Source of the DNA: Schmidtea polychroa
Lineage: Eukaryota
Length of the DNA stretch: 64,000 bases
Direction: 5' to 3'
Assembly: GCA_044892525.1 (NCBI GenBank)
Contig: CM097885.1
Coordinates: 23,934,001-23,998,000, forward strand
In this document: positions 22,852-38,056 of the stretch, piece by piece
How positions within the stretch are numbered: position 1 is the first letter of the stretch
How the letters are laid out: every line of letters starts with the position of its first letter
Translations under genes and position numbers: made by a program
Notes under the pieces: generated by a model
Told to the model about the DNA's origin: nothing
The model's database searches: none
The model's input: the letters and a program-made list of their open reading frames with translations, nothing else

Positions 22852-22962
22852 AATTATAAATATATAAAATGGATGCATTTTTAAAAAAAGTAGATCAGGT
22901 TGCTATAGTTGCTTAAATTAATTGTCGACATTTTATTATTAAAAAATTAAATATCGTTGGTT

Positions 22963-24340
22963 TCAGTTATGGTTGAAAGCCAACCTATGAATCATTAATT
23001 TATGATCTTTAAATTCTTTATCACTTAGACCTTTTATATATTCAGAATCAGTATTAAAATATTTAAGTTCTAAACATATAGGATTAAAAACTTGAGAATA
23101 TAAAGGCTTCTCGATTTCTCTCTCGGGATAAATAATTTCAACATTATAAATATCAAGATCGGTAATATTTGTATCATATAACTTATTCAACTTTTCTAGA
23201 TTTTTTATTATCGGTATTAAATTATTTCCAATAGGTAGAGTTGTCTTTAAATCACTTAGGATGAATCTTTTATCATCATAATTTGATAATGATACTTTTT
23301 GAGATTCTATCAAGTGAATATCATGGTTTTCACTTTTAAGTTGATGTATTTCATCAATTTTATCTTTATGATTTGGATTCAATGTATCTATATAATCTTG
23401 ATGAGAAAGATTCTTTGCAACGGATTTCTGTATTCCTTTACATCTGTTATCCTTTACAGGTTTTTCTTCTTGTCCCTCTGGTCCTTTAGGAAATATAGGA
23501 TATCTATGTGTAATGGTTTCTTCTGTTTCTGGAGTTTTAAATATAAATGATCTAGTTATAAATTTAGGATTTGTAAATGTTTTGTATGAATATTGTTTAG
23601 CACGAAAAAATATTCCATTTTCTATAGGAGTAAAAGGTTTTCCATCTTTAAACGAAAATAATTCTCCAGATGAATTTATTAAATTTGAAAGTATAGGATT
23701 TTCGGCTATATCTCTTTGTAAATCATGCATTCTTATTGTTAAAAACATTGAATCTGTATCCATTGCATGCATTGATATATTAGAACCATATATAGGTTGT
23801 AAGATGTTATAATATGTTTCATACATTTGTAATTTTGAAAGTTCTAAAATTGAAAACCCTATAAATATTGGTTTGTTGTATGTTTTCTCAAAATTCTTTA
23901 GTTCTATTGCAGTAAGATTTTCAGAAAATACTTGTGCGTTTTTAAATGTAGGCTTTCCTAGCATACGATTATAACGCTTAATATCTTTGGTAGTATTTGT
24001 TAGGAGTTCAATATGAGTATATTTATCAACATTCTCCATTGTCTTCCCAAAGACTGAATTGTTTAAAAGTTTATAATTATTATTTTTAAAAAGGTTACCT
24101 TCTCTTTTTGCAATGTTTCGACATCTAATGTTCTCCTCGATAAAAGCTTTCATGAATGGCCTCTGTTTAAATCTTATGACACTATGAACTTTTTTTAATA
24201 TCATACCTCGTGAAAGATAAAATTGGAGGAGTCTATAGTGACAAAGATAAAACCTTCGATCTGTTTGATCACAAAGAAGTTTCATTGTTGGGGGTTTATC
24301 TTGTGAGATTTGCCATTCAGAAAGTTCGTTGATATCAATC
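22963..24340 (-). pseudogene. Protein-primed family B DNA polymerase, C-terminal part only
   Basis: KLLNNSVFGKTMEN (motif B), KPIFIGFSILELSK, MDTDS (motif C), RAKQYSY, CKGI, DDKR; motif A and exonuclease absent. Confidence 0.92.
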
Positions 24341-24658
24341 AAACTCTGGCAAACAACACAAATAAAGAAAACAATTGCACAATGGAAAACTGCCAGACAC
24401 CGAAAGATATGTGCTTTAGAAAAAAACTATGTTTATTGCATAACGTGCAATTTATGCAAGGAAATATACATTGTAAGTACACTCAGGACCTTGCACCAAA
24501 GAGTTAAAGAACATCTAGATCCTGGTGGGAAATCTTCGGTGAACATATATCTCCAACATTGTCAACCAAAAAAAGAAAGAAAAAATATTTCAATCAAAAT
24601 CGTAGCCAATGGAAACAATCAAAAAAAGTGCTGGAACCTGACATTGTCGTCTGAATGA
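24341..24658 (+). pseudogene. Penelope GIY-YIG fragment joined to the Polinton breakpoint
   Basis: Near-identical to 4531-4848. Confidence 0.8.
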
Positions 24659-24867
24659 AAGACTTAATAATCGTAAGAGATATTATGAGGAAGTTTTATG
24701 ATGAAGAAATTTTTAAATATAAAATTTTAAAAATAAAACTTTAGATTAATTTTTAAAAAAATAATAAAAAGATATCTTAATTAAAAATATCTTCGTAGAA
24801 AATTTGTTTAAATAAGAAAGTTTAAAGAAGATATAATTTGATACTGATATTTACTGAAATAAAATTT

Positions 24868-25218
24868 ATGGAAACAAACACTGATTTTAATGTTTTACAG
24901 GATGAACATCCTAATATGGTGGCAGCGGTAAACACTGACGCAATCACCGAAAGATTGCTACCAAAGGTATTCTGCCAAGGTGACGACTTGGAAAAGTTCA
25001 TTAAAAGATGCGAAATTTATTTCGACGCCAAGGGAATCACGCAGAAGAAAGATCATGAAAGATTAACATCTTGCATGATTGATGAGGATCTCCTGGAAGT
25101 GTACGCCAAAACACTGAAAAAAGCCGAAGGATTCCAGGCTAGGTTGCGATTGGCATTCGATCGCGAAACAGATGTTTTAAAGGATCTACTATGTTTTTGC
25201 ACATTTTTCTTTAATTAA
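24868..25218 (+). pseudogene. gag-like truncated ORF copy
   Basis: Copy of 5048-5398. Confidence 0.5.
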
Positions 25219-27204
25219 TATCTCAATTACTCCACAATGACCTTCCTGATAAATATTCGTTATTTCAAACATCAATGGTTATTTTACATCATAACCCGAA
25301 TAGAATTTCATTAAACTCTGTTACAAAAATATTTTCCTTCCATTTCTGGTATTTTCTGTTATATTCTATTTGTCATTCAATGTAAAACATTCAGAACTGA
25401 ACTCGAAATCTTTTCTGAATCAAAACATTTATTTGGTTTTTGGATTAGTTTATATATTATTTAATTTAGATAAATTTAAACAAATTAATTATTAACTTAA
25501 ATGATATTCAAATTTATAATATTTTCCAAAAAAATATATAAAATTTATAAAGTTTAAAAATAAATTGTAAAAAATATTTTATTCTTTTGAAATATTTGGT
25601 CGCAAATATCAGAATATGACAAATTTTGTTTTTTTAAAATATATTTTTATACTAAATTCACTTTTTCTTATTTATAATACAACACAAATTATATCTAAAT
25701 TACTAATAAATTATTTTTTAAACGCTTTATTAAACTTAATATTTAATATGTATTTAATAATATATATACATATTTTTCCTACCTTTCCTTGATTTTGATT
25801 GGTTAGAATTTGTTCCTGTTTATTATCTTCAGTCTATAAACAATAATCTATCATTAGTTACATTTTACAAATATTTAACTTTAAAAATGAATTCTCTAAT
25901 AGAAAACGTTATGAATGTCCGAGAAAAAAATTCAGAAATTTGGTAAATTTTAATTTATTGATTAATTAAATAATTTATTTAGTTACATAATATTAATGAA
26001 GACAATTTGAAATCGAAGATTAAAGGAAATTTGAAAAGAAAAAGTAAACATAATTTTTAATTTATTGATTTAATTAATTGATAATTTAGGTAATACGAAT
26101 AAAGAGAAAAATTATGTCAATAAATCGAAATAAAAATTTACAATGTAAGTATTGATTCCTTTTTATAATTTAAAGGAAATTTAATATAATTTTTTATTTT
26201 AGTAAATGTTAATATTTTTAATTTAGTAAATTTTTATTTTTTAGTAAATAAAATTTGTAAAATAAATTTTGTAAATATTCATTGTAATAAATAATAATGA
26301 TTTGCAAATTTTTGCGTAAACATTTATTAAAATATATCATTTAAATTATAATATTTTTTTATTAAATTTTTATTTTGAAAAACTATCAACGATGAGAATT
26401 GACAATTTGAGATGCAAATCTTTTTGAAATAATTTTAAATGATAAATTTAAATAGATTTTTTATGAAATAATAATAAGAGATATATTTAAAAAAAAGTAA
26501 TTAAATGCTATTTTTGGTAAATTAAATGCTAAAATTTAAAATAAGGAAAATTAAAGGATGCAATTTTAAATTAAGTAATAAATTTTGAAAGATGATAAGA
26601 ATTCGCAGTAATAATTAAAGAAAATTATGACTAAGTTGATTAGATTTAAAGAACACTAGTGTTAATTCTAATCATTTTACAAAAATATTTTTTTATCAAA
26701 GTTCATATCTTGATTTAGTTAATTTTAATTGAATGTAATGATCAATTCCAGCGTGTTGTCTTCAATTTTAATGAAATAATTTGAAAGATTATTTAGATAA
26801 ATTTTGGTGTCTATTCATTAGTAATTTTTTTAAGAGTTGATGGTTTTTGAGGATTTTTATCCTTTTCGTGAATTTCATGTGGATTGAATGAATATTTAAA
26901 AACTTAAAGTTAGTTCTAAGATAAATTTAATTAATTTCTTGATAATTGGATGCATTTTTATTGATTGGTTTTTTTATTTTAAATAAAAATTATTGTATCA
27001 AACCTCTTTAATATAATGTTTTGAGCCTTATTTTGAAAATTGATGAAGAGCACGAGGATTCAATACCAACACTAATAATATTCCAACACATTCAAATAAC
27101 TAATAATGAATACTGACTATTTCCCTTAAGTTTTTGCAATTTATATATATATATATAATAACATAAATTTATGTAAAAATATAATATAATAATTACTAAC
27201 ATGG

Positions 27205-28001
27205 TGTTCTAATTTATAGCTCAGTGAGATACATCTTATATTATAGAAAACTGAAAAGTGGAAGGAAAATTAAAAGCTGCACACAAACGCAATACATACT
27301 AAAAAGCACATACAAATTTTTGATTCGTATAAATATAACGATGAGATACGTTTCTATAATAAACTTTATTTTTGGCAATTTTTAGAAAAAAAAGATCGTT
27401 GAAAATTTTTAAAATTATATTTTTAATGAAAATATTAAGAGCAGATGAATTTGGTTCAATATCATTTCAATCCAGATTTGATTTCCTGAAAGAAGCTCCT
27501 CATATTGAGCTCAGAAAAAAAATTACAAAAATTATTTTAATCATCGATTTTCCCCAAAATGTTTTAAAAAAATAAATATTTTAGGTGATTGATTTATTTA
27601 TTTCATGAACTATAATTAAAAATATATCGGACTCACATTTTTTCGAAATAATTCTAAAATAAATAGAGCTAAATATCATAAAATTCCTAGAAACCCTGAA
27701 AATTAATTAAAATAATATATAATTATACTGTTGATTAAAAGTAATATTTAAGAACTTGAATAATGATCTCATATCTCATATGGATCAGAATTCAAGTCTT
27801 AAAATTTACTTTAAATAAAAAAAATTACTTGAAAGCCATTTGTAAAATGGCTAAAATAAATTTCCAAAATATATAAATGAGACATGATAAATTGACAAAG
27901 ATGATTTACAATTACAACCAATTACAATTGGTAAATAAATTGGTGAGTGAATTTACACGCCAACCATCACTATAGAGAACGTATCTCAGTGGTGTTTGGT
28001 G
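27205..28001. mobile_element. MITE copy lacking its left TIR
   Basis: Matches ~6743-7540; right TIR present. Confidence 0.6.
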
Positions 28002-28778
28002 TATATGTGCTGTATTTGTGTGTTAATTTTATTTTTCTACCACTTTCTCACCTTCTATATAAAAGATTTTATTCATTAAAACATTAAAATTTAAAGCGCA
28101 GGTAAGTTTGTGTGTTTCCATAATACAGCCAGTCTATTGATTTTCTTTGTATAATATAACTTCTTATATATTGAAAGTAAATAAAACAAAGAATTTTAAA
28201 TTTATTATGACAAAGTTTGAATAATTGCAAGCTGTTGAGAAATGAAATTTTTTATGAAATAATTTTGTAAGATAATTTTAAATAGAAAGTTTTATGAAAT
28301 AAATTTCAAAGGCAAAATTTAATACAAATTTTTATTAAATTAATTTCAAAGATCGATTTCAATTAATTTCTTCTACTAAAAATATTAGTAAACAAGGGTT
28401 ATATTTGGTAAATAAGTAAATGAAGGGCTAAATTTTAAAAACTAGTAATAAACTTTGAAAGATAATGAGAATAATTTAATTTTAAGTAAATTAAGAGTCT
28501 AAAAATTGATCAAATTAAATTATGGGCTTTTATTTTTAAAAAAAAGTAATCATTGTTCAAAGATTTTAAAAATTTAAGTAATATTTTTAAATTAAGTAAA
28601 ATAAATAAAAATTTTAAATTAAAGTAAATTTTAAATAAGTTAATTAAAGTAATAATTTTAATTTTATAATCAAAAAGTTTGAATGATAGGCAGCTTTTGA
28701 GAAATGAAAATCTTTAATGAAAGTTTTTATGAAATAATTTTTAAAGAAAATTTAGATGCAAATTTCGCAAATAATAAT

Positions 28779-28811
<33 letters not shown>

Positions 28812-31800
28812 TCAATCAAATACTTAACAACTAAAGACTTTATTAACAACACATAAAAAATAACTATAATAATAAATAAAAATTAACAAGACAGTGATAA
28901 AGATACAAAATTTATTCATCATTATATATTTGCTTATAATAAGCTTTTCTTAATTCAGGAAGAAGAATATTTCTTAAATTCTTGTCAAAATCTAAAATTC
29001 AACCAGATACCTACAACCAAAATACTAACAAATATGTACTATCTAGGTATTATTTACATTCAGATAATAAATACCAACTATCAGCTGCTAAGGATTTTTA
29101 ACTAGGTACTAACAAATAAGTACCAAATACTTACAACCAGATAGCTGCTACCATGTATTAACAACCAACAAACAACTAGCTACTAAAAGATTAGTTTCAA
29201 AGATTATTTACTAACAATCAACAACAACCAACTAACTAGGTACCAGATACCAAATACTAAGTAACTCTCAAACAACCAGATACTAAAGACTTACAACCAG
29301 GTATTTACAATCAACTAAATATTCTTCATTGTATTTTATCAAATGCTTTTTAAATAAATTAACCTTTTATATGTATTAAATTCAAAAATATATTTAATTA
29401 CAATCAGTAGAAAAACATTTTCTGTCTAAGTCTAAATTTAACAAAAATATTGATTTTCGTCAAAAATGAATAATTATCAACTCAAACACTTTAAAACACC
29501 ACGTGAAATTGAAAATAATTCAAATATTTTAAAATAACAACGAAAGACTATAGAATTTTAATTTTTATTCACAAAAGATCTGCTCAACTTTTAATTGATT
29601 ACTAATATTCGTACTGCCTTAAAACATTTATTAATGAAATGTAATAAGATTATATTAATTGAAAATAGTCAATAATTTGCAATTTGTCATTAATCAGTTG
29701 TTGAAATCTAATTTTATGTTAACATGAAGAAAAAATCTTTGCCTATTTCACAAAGTAATTATAGCCTCTTGACATGAGTAAACTTTCTAATTAGGAATTC
29801 ATTAACAAGTCATCTATATAGGGAAGAAGGCTTTCTACATTCATTCAATAACAGACAAATGTGAAATATAAACAGTAATATTAAATATAATAATGAATAT
29901 TGGAACTCCATGTCGATTCCAATGCTGACACTTTACCAAAGACAATGACTTATCGATGACTCATCGTTTAAATGTGGGTACTGTTTTATTTTTTTGCACA
30001 TCCCCTTTCTGTATGACTCATCGATGACTTATCCTTTTTAGAACAAAGACAATGCATCATTTATTTTTAGAACAAAGACTCGTCAAACGATTCATCATCT
30101 ATTTTTTAGAACAGACTCATAAAACAGGACTCCACTAGAACAAAGATCTTATTACTATTATTATTATTATTATTATTAATATTATTGTTATTATTACTAT
30201 TATTATTATTATTTTCAAAATATTATTTAAAACAATAAAGTTTTATTTAAACCTTTAGCTGTAAATAATGTATTTAATGAAAAAACATTTTCGACTATAA
30301 GATAGTCTTTGTCAATCTCCTGGAACTTTGCAATCTTCTTCCCGAAAATACATTTCTTTCTTTCTTTTATTTCCTTTTTCTTAATTCTCATTGAGAATTA
30401 ATTCTTATTGAGACCAATTACTGAGTTATTCTAAAATATATTTAAAATTATCTAGAAATATATTTAAAAATTATCTAACAATATATTTAAAATTATCTAA
30501 CAATATAAATTTTTTCAATGACATTTTTACATGAAAATTATGGTCTAAAATTTTCAATTAAGTAAATTAAGGTCTAAAATTTTCAATTTGGAAATTAATG
30601 GCTAAATTTTAAATTAAAGTAAATTTAAAAAAGTCTATATTTTTTAACTTAAATAAAGTAAGGATAGATAAGCAAATTAAGGTCTTATATTTTCAATTAA
30701 ATTAAATTAAGGGTCTAAATTTTTATATTGAATTAATCAAGGATCAAAAATTAAACTAAAGTAAATTAATGATAAATAGGTAAATTGTGGTCGAAAATTT
30801 TAAATTAAGTTCCAAATTTTTAAACTTAAGTAAATTAAGGGTTCAAATTAGTAATTTAAGGACCAAATTTTAAAATTAAGTAAATTAAAATAAATAGGTG
30901 AATTAAGGTTAAGTTTTAAATTAAAGTAATTTAGTTCAAAATTTTAAATTAAAGTAAATTAATGTAAAATTTTAAATTAAATTAATAATTTATTGTCAGA
31001 TATTTTGAATAACTATCATCTGATAAGAAATGAAAATTTAAAATGAAAACTTTTATAAAATATTTTTCTATGACAATTTTATATAAATATTTTTATGAAT
31101 AAATTTTAGATGGAAATTATGTAAATTAAGGGATACATTTTTAAAGAAGAGATATATATAAAAAAAGTAATTAAATGCTAAAATTTAAAATTAAGAAAAT
31201 TAAAGGATTTAATTTTAAATTAAGTAATAAATTTTGAAAAATGATGAGAATTAGTAGTAATAATTAAAGAAAATTATGACTAAGTTAATTAGATTTAAAG
31301 AACACTACAGTGTTAATTCTAACCATTTTACAATAATATTTTTTATCAAAGTTCATATCTTGATTTAGTTAATTTTAATTGAATGTAATGACAAATTCCA
31401 GCGTGTTGTCTTCAATTTTAATGAATTATTTTGAAAGATTATTTAGATAAATTTTGGTGTCTATTCATTAGTAATTTTTTTAGAGTTGATGGTTTTTGAG
31501 GATTTTTATCCTTTTCGTGAATTTCATGTGGATTGAATGAATATTTAAAAATTTAAAGTTAGTTCTAAGATAAATTTAATTAATTTCTTGATAATTGGAT
31601 GCATTTTTATTGATTGATTTTTAATTTTAAATAAAAATTATTTTTAATGACAGTTAGGTTAATTATCAAGTGATAGGATATGACTTTGTAATGTAATTGA
31701 ATTTGACTAAGTAGTTTTTTGTATATTTTCTAAGAATTTCATGTTGATTGATTAAATATTTAAAGTTTTAATGGTGATTTTAATTGAATTTCTTGATAAT

Positions 31801-32210
31801 TTGCTAAATTTTAAAAAAAAATTAATTTTTTTAATGACTGTTAGGTTAATAATCAAGTAATAGGTTTAATTTTAGATGACTTTGTATTGCACTTGACTCA
31901 ATAATCTTTTCTATACTTTTCTATGAATATTTTCATTTACACATTGATGAACTTTTAAAAATACATAAGCTAAGAAACCAGTTAACTTTATCAAGGACTT
32001 CAAATTTACTTGAAAATTATTGTAAGATATACTGAAATTTGTGATTTAGTTTGCTATTATGATCAATCAATATATATCATCTCTAGGTAGGTATTTGATG
32101 GGTGAAATATTTGTCGGAAATAATGAGTATATTATGTCTTTGTTATATAAATCGACTTTAGCGTCAAAATGGATTTTTAAAATAAATTTAAATTTTAAAA
32201 TACCGCAACG

Positions 32211-32262
<52 letters not shown>

Positions 32263-32900
32263 TTTTCCTACCTTTCCTTGATTTTGATTGGTTAGAATTT
32301 GTTACTGTTTATTATCTTCAGTCTATAAACAATAATCTATCATTAGTCACATTTTACAATAATTTAACTTTAAAAATGAATTCTTTAATAGAAAACGTTA
32401 TGAATGTCCGAGAAAAAAATTCAGAAATTTGGTAAATTTTAATTTATTGATTAATTAAATAATTTATTTAGTTACATAATATTAATGAAGACAATTTGAA
32501 ATCGAAGATTAAAGGAAATTTGAAAAGAAAAAGTAAACATAATTTTTAATTTATTGATTTAATTAATTGATAATTTAGGTAATACGAATGAAGAGAAAAA
32601 TTATGTCAATAAATCGAAATAAAAATTTACAATGTAAGTATTGATTCCTTTTTATAATTTAAAGGAAATTTAATATACTTTTTTATTTAAGTAAATGTTA
32701 ATATTTTTAATTTAGTAAATTTTTATTTTTTAGTAAATAAAATTTTGAAAATATTCATTGTAATAAATAATAATGATTTGCAAATTTTTGCGTAAACATT
32801 TATTAAAATATATCATTTAAATTATAATATTTTTTTATTAAATTTTTATTTTATAGGTATACTTTACCCGAATTGAGATATCTTTTATTAAATAAAATTT

Positions 32901-33360
32901 ATGGAATTATTTAGTGATTTAAAAACGGATGAAAATCCTGATATGGTGGCAGCGGTAAACACCGACGCGATTAACGAAAGATTATTGCCAAAAGTGTTCT
33001 GTCAAGGTGATGACTTGGAAAAATTCATCAGAAGATCCAAGATCTAATTCGATGCTAAAGGCATCAATAAAAAAGAACAAGAAAGATTCACCGCATGCAT
33101 GATCGACGAGGATCTATTGGAGAAATATGCGAAAACAGTTAAAAAAGCAGAAGGATTTCAAGCCAGGTTACGAATGGCATTTGATTACGAAAGGGACGTA
33201 ATAAAGGATATGGAAAGTTTATTGAATTATAAAAGAAGAGGCGAAGAGATTGAAACATATTTTAAAAAAGTGTAGGACCTTGTTGACAGGTTGTTTGAGA
33301 ATAAAGAATTCACCAAAGAGAAAATAACAGCAAAGATGTTGATAGTATGTGCTGAGAATT
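32901..33360 (+). pseudogene. gag-like longer variant with stops
   Basis: Copy of 12487-12948. Confidence 0.55.
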
Positions 33361-34547
33361 TTCCTCGAGTAAGATTAATTAAAGAATTTTAAAATAATAA
33401 ATAAAAAAATAAAACAAACTAAAGAAAATTTAATTACATAAATTTATGTAAAATTATAATAATTTATCATTTAATTACTTTCAAAATCTTTTTTTGTCAA
33501 TACATTACATAGATTCCTATGATAATCAACACTATAAACGAAATTATAAGGAAAATACATTTCCATGAGGTCAGTACAGCTATTCCAGCCCTATTTTTCA
33601 CAAATATGAAACTGTCCAAATTCAAATAAAATTTAAATCAGAAGAAAATAGTTTAACATATTTGAAAAAACAGCGAAATAATTTCGAATTTATTATTACA
33701 ATTATTACAAGTAGTGTGGTTATATACCCAACCAAAACAGCCCCCCAACAAAAACATGCCTCCAAATCACTTAAGCTATTAGAAAAACAACGTAAAACTT
33801 ATACTTTTATAGTATTTTAACCCTATATTTTGAAAACAACCACCCTTAATGACTCTAACTGTTTTAATCTTTAAAGCCTCAAACTCAAAAGCTTTAAACT
33901 AAAAAGAGAATAGAAAAGAAAATGGCATTATGAAAAAGTTAGAGGGCTATTTGATCTTTATCAGATTATTGATTTTAAATTATATAAATTAAAAAATAAA
34001 TGAAAAATAGTAAAACTGCTCTGAGGGGACAGTGGTATTTTTTTTTTTTTTTTTTTCACTGTCCCCTCAACAGTTTTTTTTGATCCGGATCATTTTTTTT
34101 ATTTATCAACCTCTTTCGTTTATCAAATCTCTTCTAATATACAAGCTGGCCAGACTCATACATCAGAATCAATCCGATAATAGCAGCACGCCTTATTATT
34201 CGCTTCTCGCTCACGAAGTCGATTTCAACGGCGTTTTAAGCGTGCTGCTCGAAAGTACAAATGAATTCGAAAGCGAATCCGAAAGAGGTCCGAAAACAAC
34301 TGAGAAATAAATGTGCACATTACCGGGATCGATCCGGGGGTGTTCGAAAGACAGGTGGCGATAATTACCGGTTCGCCACCATCACCCGTTTCAATATTTT
34401 TTTTTTCATATTTATGTTTAAAAAATAAAATAATAAATAAAATAAATAAAATAAAATAAAATAAAAATAAATAAAATAAAATATAAATATCAGATACCCA
34501 CACTATTTTCAATATTATTTTCAAATTTATAATATTATTTTATGTTG

Positions 34548-34630
34548 AAAAAAAAACTTACCTCAGATGTGATTTGAACCGCTATCCATTTGAACCACGG
34601 TGCCGGTCTAGCCCACTGCGCTATCTAGGA
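34548..34630 (-). ncRNA. tRNA-like Pol III unit 1 (copy 2)
   Basis: Same A-box, B-box and T-run as copy 1. Confidence 0.5.
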
Positions 34631-34877
34631 TTGGATTTTTGTCATTTTTTAGACTATAAATAATCGATTCAAGTTCTTTAACTCTTTCCTGTAATTGTTT
34701 CATTTTCTTCAATCTTATATCAGCAACATCTACAGCCTTCATATAAAAATGTCGATACTTTTCATTATCTACCCTCAACTCTTTGATGTATTCTAATGGT
34801 TCTTCTTCTCTTCTTTTCATTCTCTTATGTTTAACTTCATTCAATTCATTTCTCATTCTTTCTTTTAACTCATCCAT
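34608..34877 (-). CDS. Small coiled-coil protein (copy 2)
   Basis: Identical to 14196-14465. Confidence 0.55.
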   Translation of the reverse strand: MDELKERMRNELNEVKHKRMKRREEEPLEYIKELRVDNEKYRHFYMKAVDVADIRLKKMKQLQERVKELESIIYSLKNDKNPILDSAVG

Positions 34878-35038
34878 TTTTATAAATATTTTTTTATTGG
34901 ATATATTAATTTTTGGTAGCTTAAGTTAAAACGTTTTTGATCTTAAATTTCCAGGAGTTGCCGTTGACCAATCTCCTTAAAAATTTGTACAAGTACTAAA
35001 TCGAGTATGCTGATCAATATTTCGTTAAAAAGAATTTG

Positions 35039-35119
35039 AAAAAAAATGACCGAAATGGGATTTGAACCCATTGGTATTGGCAATGCAGTCGAGTGCTATT
35101 ACCACTAAGCTATACTCAA
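35039..35119 (-). ncRNA. tRNA-like Pol III unit 2 (copy 2)
   Basis: Identical to 14627-14707. Confidence 0.6.
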
Positions 35120-35395
35120 TATAAAATAAGTTGTTAATGTGTGACTATTTATTGATGAAATTAATAATTAATTATTCATTTTCTCGACAACTACCACTCA
35201 GATCCATCTGAAAATTTAAATATATACTAAAATCAGTACGCTGAATCAGATTCCGTTGAAAAAAAATATCGAAAAAAATTGACCAAAATCGAAAATTAAA
35301 AAAAATTAATTGAAGCCTATTCTAATCCGCTATAATGGCTTACATAATATATTTAATTAATCCTATTGTGTGTGTGTAAATTTTAATATATAAAA

Positions 35396-36682
35396 ATGAA
35401 TAATATAAAAATTCAAGAAATAAATTAATTAAATCTTGATTATAATAAAGAATTTACTCATGAAATCAAGAAAAACGATGTACTTAAAATCTCCCCAACT
35501 TCAGGATCTATTGCAAACTTAAATCGTAGGGGTGATATAGTTTTTCAATCTCTTCAAACATCAAACCCTATAGATATTTGTAATGCCAAATTATATTATA
35601 AAATCGAATTAGAAATTGAAGCAAACAAAGATATAACCCTAGAAAATAATTTCTTTCCAAATTTATTCTCCAACATGAGATTAAAACTAGGATCATCAGA
35701 AATTGAAACTGTTTTGCATCCGGGAGTATATTCTACAATGTTAAATTTTATTTTGACTGGTTGTGATTATAAAAAGGAATATGGTGAATTAACAGGTTGG
35801 ATTCCTGATGTTAATAAAGGGGATTTAGATAAAGATGGTTTAGATGTAAACCATGGTTACTATAAAAGAGCTGAACTTTATAAATCTAAAAAATTTGAAG
35901 GTTATTTTGAATTAAAACACTTGTTTGGATTCATTCAAAACTATAATCGTATACTTCATAATGTTTTTATAGAATTAGTTTGTAATAGAGTAGAAGGTGA
36001 TAAAAGATTGTTCTATGGAGATAAGGATACAACAGCTAAATTAAAAATATCAACACTTGAATTGCATATACCTGAATGGACATTAAATCCACATTCTGAA
36101 ATCAAACTCCTTGAAAGATTAAATTCCAACAAGTCTATAAATGTAAATTATTTAAATAGAATCTGTAGTGAATTTAGTATGACAGAGGGTTCAACATATT
36201 CTATAAAGGTAGCAAATTTAGCATACCGACCAAGATATATCTTGATTGGATTCAAAGAAGTAGATTCATCTTTCCAAAAAAATAACAACTTGTTTATTCA
36301 AAAGATTGGAGTTGATAATTTAAAAACAATCCAAATTCAATTAAATAGTTCTTATTATCCAATAAATAGAATGGAATTTAATATTGAAAATAATGAAAAC
36401 ATATTCCCATATCTAAATTATATTGAAACATGTTATGATTTCAAAGTTGAACCGCAATTAAGTTTAGAAGATTTCAAAAATTTATATTCTATATTTTGAA
36501 TAAATGTTTCAGACCAAGATGATCGCCTAGCCATAAATAATGTTGATGTTACACTTCATGTAACAAAGGATTCTAATTTTAAAGCTAAAGTATATACATT
36601 AATATTAGAAGAAAAGAAAATAGAAATGAAATTATATGGTGGAAAGATTTCAATAATCGAAAATGTTAGGGGAGATTCTTGA
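35396..36682 (+). pseudogene. Major capsid protein (copy 2), same two stops
   Basis: As copy 1. Confidence 0.8.
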
Positions 36683-36712
36683 TATAATCCCTGATATTTT
36701 TAACATTTTAAA

Positions 36713-38056
36713 ATGTCTCTCTATTGGAGATGTGAAAGTTGTAATTGTCAAGTTACAAGACATCATAAAGCAAGTCATCTAAAAACTAAAAAACATATAG
36801 GAGGCGATCTACAATCTTCAAAAGTGACATCTTCAATATTAAAACCTTTTACTACAGAAAAATATCCAGGTGAAAGACATTTATTTAAACACAACTATAC
36901 CGGACCAGGAACAAGATTAGATTTTAGATTAGATGAAAATAATAATCCCAAACAAGGAGAAGAACCAATAAATAGAATTGATCAAGCAGCTTTAAAACAT
37001 GATATTGCATACAATTCAGAAGATCTTAGAGATAGACATGTTGCAGATGTTAATTTAATACATGATTTAAATAGTATCCAAAATCCATCAACCCAAAAAA
37101 AGATTCAAAGAGCTCTAGTTAAATTAGCAATGAAAGGTAAGATTTTCATAGGTGCTAGTTTACCAAGGATGGCAAAAGATGTTGCTAATAAAAAGATTAT
37201 TGAACAAGCAGATGCTGAAAGATCCCTCGAGAATATATCCAAGACTAGTTTATTAACCCCAACAGAATCACAAATAAAATATGCCAACGAATTACACCAT
37301 GAATTTAGAAAAAATAAAAAATATTTAAAAGTTCAAGTACATGAAAAAGATCAAACATGGTCTGCAGATTTAGTCTTTATGCCAACCAAATCATCAGACC
37401 CTGAAAAATATAAAATAATTTTAACTGTAATAGATTTATATACAAGATTTGCCTTTGCAAGGTGTTTAGAAAATAAAACAGGATATTCTATTACAGAAGC
37501 ATTTGAAAATATATTTGAAGAACATCAAAGAATTCCAAAATATTTATGGTGTGATAAAGGAACAGAATTTTATAACAAAGTTTTACAAAGTTTTTAAATG
37601 AAAATGATATTAAATTATATTCAACAGAAAACAGTCGTAGTTGAAAGATTAAATAGAACATTAAAAAATAAAATGTGGAAATATTTTACGGCTATTGGAA
37701 AACAAAAATGGAACAATGAATTGTTACAAAAGATTGTAAATGAATATAATAATGATGTACATAGTTCTATAAAATCAACACCTTTAAATGCTACCATAAA
37801 TCCTGAAACCATTAAAGTAGTAAATATTGAAAATGATGTTATTGAAAAACCAAAGTTTAAAATTGGTGACCGAGTAAGAATATTTAAATATAAAAATAAA
37901 TTTGAAAAAGGATTCACAGCAAAATGGACAAATGAAATTTTTATTATAAATAAAATAAATTATACAACTCCAATAACATATAGCATCATTGATTTAAATA
38001 ATGAAAAAATATTAGGTAGATTTTATAATAATGAGTTACAGAAAACAGATTTCTAA
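36713..38056 (+). pseudogene. ZnF-PLA2-integrase fusion (copy 2), same lesion
   Basis: As copy 1. Confidence 0.9.

Larger units (their letters stand above)
13296..24340. mobile_element. Polinton/Maverick (adintovirus-like) element copy 1, right end deleted
   Basis: Putative terminus AGTAGT at 13296; carries MCP, INT, ATPase, PRO, penton and pPolB; pPolB is cut at 24340; no right TIR found. Confidence 0.93.

Noticed and set aside
23299..23812. Plus-strand ORFs within pPolB and similar antisense ORFs in the hAT, integrase, ATPase and Tc1 genes
   Set aside because: Shadow ORFs of real genes, with no motifs
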